Part shown: positions 58,614-64,000 of the stretch, one piece after another | Layout: each line of letters begins with the position of its first letter | Numbering within the stretch: the first letter of the stretch is position 1 | Assembly: GCA_965249725.1 (NCBI GenBank) | Contig: CBDFMQ010000002.1 | Location: 672,001-736,000 of the forward strand | Length of the DNA stretch: 64,000 nucleotides | Origin: Longimicrobiales bacterium | Lineage (GTDB): Bacteria > Gemmatimonadota > Gemmatimonadetes > Longimicrobiales > Gaopeijiaceae | Direction: 5' to 3' | Translations under genes and position numbers: made by a program | The notes under the pieces: model-generated | Told to the model about the DNA's origin: nothing | The model's database searches: none | What the model saw: only the letters and a program-made list of their open reading frames with translations

Positions 58614-60368
58614 ATGCTCTTGTCCCTGTTCGTGCTGTGTCCAGCCGGCGTGCGAGCCCAGGCCGACGATCCACTTCTCGAGGGGCGATTGCTCCGGACC
58701 TCCGCGAGCCAGGAGTCGCGGGGCAACCTCGATGGGGCGGAGACCATCCTGCGTGACCTCATGGAGCAGAGTCCCACGTCCACCGGAGGGCTGTTCGCGC
58801 TCGAACGCGTGCTCCGCTCTCAAGGGCGCATCGAAGAGATCCTGCCGGTGGCTCATCGGTACCGGGACTCGGAGCCCGATGCGGCTGCTCCCCGGATTCT
58901 GATGCTCAGAGTCTTCACGGAAGTGGACTCCCGGGACGATCTGGTGGAGGCGGCCGAGGCGTGGGTGGAGCAGTCCGGGACGTCGCCGGAACCGTATCGA
59001 GAGGTCAGCCGCATCTTCCAGCGCGTCTTCGGGCCGGAGCGGGCCCTTGCCGTCCTGGAGGACGGGCGAGACGCATTGGGCCAGCCGTCCCTTTTCGCCA
59101 TGGAGATCGGCGATCTGCTTCGAGACGTTGGAAGGATGGAGGAGGCCGTCCTGCAGTGGGCCCGTGTCATCGGGGACGACGGGGCGCAGGTCTCGGCCGT
59201 CATGCGCAGAGTGACCGAAATCGAAAAGGATCGAGCGGAGCTCGTACGACCCCTGGTGGAGCAGCTCTCTCGGTCGCCAACCACGGCCGCCCGACAGCGG
59301 GCAGGCGCGAGGATTGCGGTGGAGGCGGGCCTCGTGGACGAGGCGCGCGAGCTGGCCATGGAGGTGGCCGAGGAGCTGGAAGGACAAGCCAGGAGAGGCT
59401 TCCTCACGGCGTTGGCCCGGCAGGCCGAAGAGGCCGGTGGAGAAGCCGGCGCGGCAGCCGCTCTCACGCTCTGGGCGTACCAGGCGCTGCAGGACGCGGC
59501 GTCGGATGAGAACGAGGCGAGGGCGCTGGATCACCGTATCGCCGATGCGGCATTGGCGGCCGGGGACACGACCACCGCCCTCGCGGCACAGGGGTCGATC
59601 GCTGAGGGTCTCCCCTTGGGGAGCGGGGAGCGACGACGTGCGTTGGCCGAGGTGCTTCGCCTCCGGATCGCGAGAGGGGAGGCGGATGCCCGTATGCGTC
59701 TCGATCGCTTCCGGACCGAGTTTCCCGAGGCAGGAGAGATCGACGAGCTGGCGGTGACCCTGGCGGTGCGTCTGGAAGAGCAGGGGGACGACATGGGAGC
59801 TCGGTCGCTGCTCGCCGGTCTCGATGGACCCAAGAGCCTGCTGGAACGTGGGTATCTCTATTTGGCGTCGGGCGAAGTGGTGCCCGGCCGCATGAACCTG
59901 CGCGAGGCGCTCCCGGGACTCTCTCCCCTCGAGGCGACCGACGTGATCTCCCTCCTGGGCCTCCTGGACGAGCTTCAGGGCGAGGCCCTGGTGGCCGTTA
60001 TGTCCAGCGCGGTGCTCGCACACCGAGGTCGCATCGCTGCGGCGGTCGACGAGGTGGCCTTCGTGATAGACCGGCTTCCGAGAGCGGACCAACCGGCCGT
60101 GCTGGCCCACGGTGCCCGCATCGCGGACGTTGGGGAGTTGGCGTCCGAGGCGGCGGACCTCAGGGCCCGCATCGTTCGGGACCATCCGGATGCGGCCGAG
60201 ACCCCCGAGGCGACGCTTGAGTTGGCCCGATTCAGGGGTGCGTCGTCCGACGGCGTGGAAGAGGCGGTACGACTACTCGAGGACTTGATCCTGAGCCAAC
60301 CTGAAAACGCGATCGTACCCATGGCTCGCCGGGAGCTCCAGAAGCTGAGGGACGGAAGAGGTCCATGA
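58614..60368 (+). CDS. Exported TPR/alpha-solenoid protein (alternative GTG starts 58572, 58584, 58596)
   Basis: Signal peptide ending VRA-QA; repeated TPR-like helix pairs. Confidence 0.78.
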   Translation: MLLSLFVLCPAGVRAQADDPLLEGRLLRTSASQESRGNLDGAETILRDLMEQSPTSTGGLFALERVLRSQGRIEEILPVAHRYRDSEPDAAAPRILMLRVFTEVDSRDDLVEAAEAWVEQSGTSPEPYREVSRIFQRVFGPERALAVLEDGRDALGQPSLFAMEIGDLLRDVGRMEEAVLQWARVIGDDGAQVSAVMRRVTEIEKDRAELVRPLVEQLSRSPTTAARQRAGARIAVEAGLVDEARELAMEVAEELEGQARRGFLTALARQAEEAGGEAGAAAALTLWAYQALQDAASDENEARALDHRIADAALAAGDTTTALAAQGSIAEGLPLGSGERRRALAEVLRLRIARGEADARMRLDRFRTEFPEAGEIDELAVTLAVRLEEQGDDMGARSLLAGLDGPKSLLERGYLYLASGEVVPGRMNLREALPGLSPLEATDVISLLGLLDELQGEALVAVMSSAVLAHRGRIAAAVDEVAFVIDRLPRADQPAVLAHGARIADVGELASEAADLRARIVRDHPDAAETPEATLELARFRGASSDGVEEAVRLLEDLILSQPENAIVPMARRELQKLRDGRGP

Positions 60369-61618
60369 GGAGATTTCGTTTGTTGGCGGTGCTGGCCCTG
60401 ATGGCCATGCCGGCCTCTGCCGCGGGGCAGTTCTTGCTCGTGCCGATGGACCGCGCTCAGGTCAATCATCTCAAGGCGTATGGCCTCACCTACTGGACTC
60501 TCGAGCAGTTCGGCCGGTCCGAGTGGTTCCTCAACTATCGGGACGGAGCGTTCCTCCTCCTGGACACGCCGGCCGTGCGCCGACAGGCTGCTTTGCGAGG
60601 GGTCACCGTCGAGGCCGTCGGAGGTGCCGACGTAGCGGCGATCCGTGCAACGATCATGGACTCGAACATGGACGCGGTGGTGCTTGAGAAGGCGCCCAAA
60701 GTGGCGATCTACACACCGCCGAACAGCACGCCGTGGGATGATGCGGTGACCCTGGCCCTCGACTACGCCGAGATCCCATACGAGAAGATCTGGGACGACG
60801 ACGTCATCGACGAGAAGCTCGAGGACTACGAATGGCTACACCTTCACCACGAGGACTTTACTGGTCAGTACTCCAAGTTCTTCATCACGTACGCCGGGTC
60901 GCCCTGGCTGCAGGATGAGGTGGCCCGAAACGAGGAGGTGGCTGGGCGACTCGGGTTCGCCAGCGTTCCAGCCCTGAAGAAGGGCGTCGCCCTGGAGATT
61001 CGGCAGTACGTGGAGGACGGCGGATTCCTTTTCGCCATGTGCTCCGCGACGGAGACTCTGGAGCTGGCGTTGGGGGCGCAGCAAGTCGACATTGCTGCCG
61101 CCTATTCCGATGGCACGCCGGCCGATCCCGACGCCACGAGCAAGATGGACTGGTCGGGCACCATGGGCTTCACCGACGCCGTGGTGCAGGTCGGTCCGTC
61201 GGTGAACGCCTTCAGCGACATCGACGGGCATCAGGTCAACACGCCTTGGCGTCTGCAGCTCGGCGCCTTCACGCTCTTCGACTTCTCGGCCAAGTTCGAT
61301 CCCGTGCCCACGATGCTCACGCAGAATCACCAGGACATCATTCCCGATTTCTACGGACTGACGACTTCCTTCCGCATGGATCGACTGAAGCCCGGGACCA
61401 TTGTGTTGGCCCAGGAGGGCGAAATCGCCAAGTACCTGCACGGGAACTACGGCGAGGGCACCTGGACCTATTTCGGAGGGCATGACCCGGAGGATCCGGA
61501 GCACCAGATCGGCGATCCGCCCACCGACCTGGACCTGCATCCCAACTCACCGTCGTATCGGCTGATCCTTAACAACGTCCTGTTCCCGGCAGCGAAAAAG
61601 AAGAAACTGAAGACCTGA
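60365..61618 (+). CDS. Exported conserved protein, probable class I glutamine-amidotransferase-like fold (family often labelled 'asparagine synthetase B')
   Basis: Signal peptide; NHLKAYG, WLHLHHEDFTGQY, GGFLFAMCSAT, GGHDPED, YRLILNNVLFPAAKKK. Confidence 0.75.
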   Translation: MRRFRLLAVLALMAMPASAAGQFLLVPMDRAQVNHLKAYGLTYWTLEQFGRSEWFLNYRDGAFLLLDTPAVRRQAALRGVTVEAVGGADVAAIRATIMDSNMDAVVLEKAPKVAIYTPPNSTPWDDAVTLALDYAEIPYEKIWDDDVIDEKLEDYEWLHLHHEDFTGQYSKFFITYAGSPWLQDEVARNEEVAGRLGFASVPALKKGVALEIRQYVEDGGFLFAMCSATETLELALGAQQVDIAAAYSDGTPADPDATSKMDWSGTMGFTDAVVQVGPSVNAFSDIDGHQVNTPWRLQLGAFTLFDFSAKFDPVPTMLTQNHQDIIPDFYGLTTSFRMDRLKPGTIVLAQEGEIAKYLHGNYGEGTWTYFGGHDPEDPEHQIGDPPTDLDLHPNSPSYRLILNNVLFPAAKKKKLKT

Positions 61619-61629
61619 GGGGCGATCCT

Positions 61630-64000
61630 GTGAATCTCGACCTCTCCAAGGCTTCCTCCGATGCAGTAGTCAACGGTCCCGCCCTCCCCGAGCCGCCCGG
61701 ATCGACGTCCGACCTGCGTCTGTCCGTCCGTGCCGCCGAGATCATCCGCCAGGAGATCGAGAAGGCCGGTGGGCGTGAAGTGTGCTTTCTCGTCCAGGTC
61801 GACGAAGCGCGCGAGCTGATCGAGCCGCGGGCCGTCGCGCGCGGAAACAAGGCTGCGGTCCTCGTCGCGGCGCGCGGGGCGGACGAGGGAGGGGTCGTCA
61901 TCCACAACCATCCCTCGGGCGTGTTGGAACCCTCGGACGCGGACCTGGGCGTAGCGGCTCGACTGTATGAGGAGGGACTCGGCTCAGCGATCACGGACAA
62001 CGCCGCAGAGGGGCTCTACGTGGTCGTCGAACCGCCCGCTCCCAGGCACGTCGAGCCCCTGGACATCGAGGGGTTGGAGGGGTTGATCGGCCCTGGTGGC
62101 CCCCTGGTGGAGAAGCACCCGCGCTATGAGGATCGGCCTGGCCAACGAGCGATGCTCCGGCTGGTTGCCGAACGGTACAACTCAGGCGGAGTGGCCATCG
62201 TCGAGGCTGGCACGGGGACGGGGAAGTCGTTGGCGTATCTCATGCCGGCGGCGGCCTGGGCGCTGCAGAACGGCGAACGAACCGTCATCTCGACCAATAC
62301 GATCAATCTCCAGGAGCAGCTCGACAGCAAGGATCTTCCTCTGGTGCGGGGTCTGGTCGGCGAAGACGTCGACTGGGCGCTCGTGAAGGGGCGCGGGAAC
62401 TACATCTCGATTCGCCGGGCACGACTTGCGGCCGAGTCGGCACCGCTCCTCTTCGAGGACGACCGGGCCGACGAGCTCGACTCGCTCCTGGATTGGATCA
62501 ACGGCACCGAAGACGGCTCGCTCGCCGATCTGACGTTCGTGCCCAGTGACGACGTCTGGGACGAGGTGAGGAGCGATCCCGATATCTGCCTACGGACGCG
62601 GTGTCCGCATTTCCAGGCCTGCTTCTACCAGCGATCGAGGCGCAAGGCAGCGGCTGCGCGCCTCCTGATCGCGAATCATCACCTGCTCTTCACGGATCTT
62701 TCGGTCCGGATGGCAACGCAGAACTACACGGGGTCGGCCGTGCTTCCGGCCTATCGACATCTGATTCTGGACGAGGCGCACAACATCGAAGACGCCGCGA
62801 CGTCCCACCTGGGGCTCGAGGCGACCCGTCTGGGCATGTTCCGGCTCCTGGCACGGTTGGACCGTCGGGGTAGGGGGGTCCTTGCGGCCGTTCAGGAGTC
62901 GCTTACCGGCGCCGGCGACAAGGCGGCCGCGACCGAACTGCGGAGCCGGATCGAGGAGCGCGTACGCCCGGCTGTAGACGAGGCCCGGGCTCAACTCACA
63001 CTCTTCCTGGATGCGATGGAGCCTTTGCTGCCGATCGATGCCGCAGGGGCCGAACGCCTCGGCACGGACGGCTTTCCCGAGCCCGTGGCGCGCCCCGCAG
63101 TCCGGGAACGACTGGATGGGCTGGTAGCTGCGTTCCGGTCCCTGGAGGCCGAGGTGCGCAGCGTCCGTGAGGCGCTCGACCGAGATGAAGCGTTGTCCGA
63201 GGGTCTCCAAGGGCGCGTGCTCGATCTTCAGAGTGCGGAGCGTCGGCTGGGGGGCTCGGTGCGTGCCGTACGCACGGTACTGGATCCGGAGGAAGGCGAG
63301 GATCGGTTCGTCCGTTGGCTGGAGTGGAGGGGACGGCCGAGGAAGGGTCGGAGGAACCTCGTCATGGCGTCCGCGCCCATCGAGTTGGGCGACATGCTGC
63401 GGGAGGGCCTGTTCGAGAAGACCGACACGGTGATCCTCTCCTCGGCGACGCTGGCCACACGGGACTCGTTCGACTTCCTGCGGAGCCGGGTCGGATTGAG
63501 CTCCGAGGCACTCGAGCGATCTGAAGTAAAACAGGAAATAATAGAGGCTATCATACCGTCGCCCTTCGACTTCGAGAATCAGACCATACTGGGTGTGCCG
63601 ACGGATTTGCCCGATGTGAACTCCGCCGGAGGTGAACTCGAAGAGGCCACGGCCCGCATCGTCGCCGAGATGGCGGGGATCTCCGACGGGGGCCTGTTCG
63701 TTCTCTTCACATCGTACCGGGCCCTCCGGAGGGTGGCAGAACTGTTGCGATCGGACGGTGGGGTCCCCTGGCCGCTCTTCGTACAGGGTGAAGACGGCCG
63801 TGCGCGGCTCCTCGAGGGCTTCGTGGAGTCCGGATCGGGGATTCTGCTCGGAACGGCGTCTTTCTGGGAGGGTGTCGACGTGCCGGGCCGCCCGTTGAGA
63901 GGCCTCGTGATTCAGCGCCTGCCATTCCGGGTGCCCACGGAGCCTGTGACGGCGGCTCGCGTGGAGGCGATCGAGAAGCGCGGAGGAAACGCGTTCTGGG
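61630..64000 (+). CDS. DinG/YoaA-family helicase with N-terminal JAB/MPN (RadC-like) domain (3' partial; absent from ORF track)
   Basis: Frame read from GTG 61630: GREVCF..IHNHPSGVLEPSDAD, EAGTGTGKS, LDEAH, LFTSY, FWEGVDVPG, RLPF; no stop seen before the window end. Confidence 0.92.
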   Translation, partial: MNLDLSKASSDAVVNGPALPEPPGSTSDLRLSVRAAEIIRQEIEKAGGREVCFLVQVDEARELIEPRAVARGNKAAVLVAARGADEGGVVIHNHPSGVLEPSDADLGVAARLYEEGLGSAITDNAAEGLYVVVEPPAPRHVEPLDIEGLEGLIGPGGPLVEKHPRYEDRPGQRAMLRLVAERYNSGGVAIVEAGTGTGKSLAYLMPAAAWALQNGERTVISTNTINLQEQLDSKDLPLVRGLVGEDVDWALVKGRGNYISIRRARLAAESAPLLFEDDRADELDSLLDWINGTEDGSLADLTFVPSDDVWDEVRSDPDICLRTRCPHFQACFYQRSRRKAAAARLLIANHHLLFTDLSVRMATQNYTGSAVLPAYRHLILDEAHNIEDAATSHLGLEATRLGMFRLLARLDRRGRGVLAAVQESLTGAGDKAAATELRSRIEERVRPAVDEARAQLTLFLDAMEPLLPIDAAGAERLGTDGFPEPVARPAVRERLDGLVAAFRSLEAEVRSVREALDRDEALSEGLQGRVLDLQSAERRLGGSVRAVRTVLDPEEGEDRFVRWLEWRGRPRKGRRNLVMASAPIELGDMLREGLFEKTDTVILSSATLATRDSFDFLRSRVGLSSEALERSEVKQEIIEAIIPSPFDFENQTILGVPTDLPDVNSAGGELEEATARIVAEMAGISDGGLFVLFTSYRALRRVAELLRSDGGVPWPLFVQGEDGRARLLEGFVESGSGILLGTASFWEGVDVPGRPLRGLVIQRLPFRVPTEPVTAARVEAIEKRGGNAFW

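Noticed and set aside
58569..60185. 538-aa antisense ORF (likewise 24421-25839, 38523-39956, 32657-34003, 54714-56165, 22070-23287)
   Set aside because: Typical stop-poor shadows of high-GC genes; no motifs or RBS
60365..61618. Calling this gene asnB
   Set aside because: Has a signal peptide and lacks the Ntn Cys1 and the PP-loop
61630..64000. DinG as a type IV CRISPR (CasDinG) or defence-island component
   Set aside because: No cas genes, array or mobile context in the window; sits among core genes (downstream region unseen)
1..64000. tRNA, rRNA, known riboswitches, selenocysteine readthrough, programmed frameshifts
   Set aside because: No recognisable motifs seen by eye and the core genes are intact single ORFs; a covariance-model scan was not possible

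Overview
GC-rich bacterial core-chromosome segment. Gene content and order suggest Gemmatimonadota (inference). It is densely packed with housekeeping operons: the rpsB 3' end-tsf-pyrH-frr-uppS-cdsA-dxr-rseP; serS; pcrA/uvrD; murA; rimP-nusA-L7Ae-infB-DUF503-rbfA-truB-ribF-rpsO-pnp; ald-dut; mreBCD-mrdA-rodA-accD-folC; hisS-proS-lysA-guaA; and trxA-rsmI. I found no tRNA, rRNA, CRISPR array or intact transposase. The best candidates for undescribed systems are: (1) a PTS EIIA-like / PII-like / divergent cation:proton antiporter operon; (2) an exported DUF4159-like / DUF4175-like coiled-coil / TPR / glutamine-amidotransferase-like cluster; (3) a JAB-DinG helicase fusion that runs off the window end and is missing from the ORF track; (4) many unrelated 11-15 bp (mostly 12 bp) tandem duplications that build acidic tails on translation and RNA proteins. 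Also noted: a probable ATA start for mreB, structured rimP and pnp leaders, probable leaderless mRNAs, and an IS256-like terminal remnant. Family names come from recalled motifs, not database searches.
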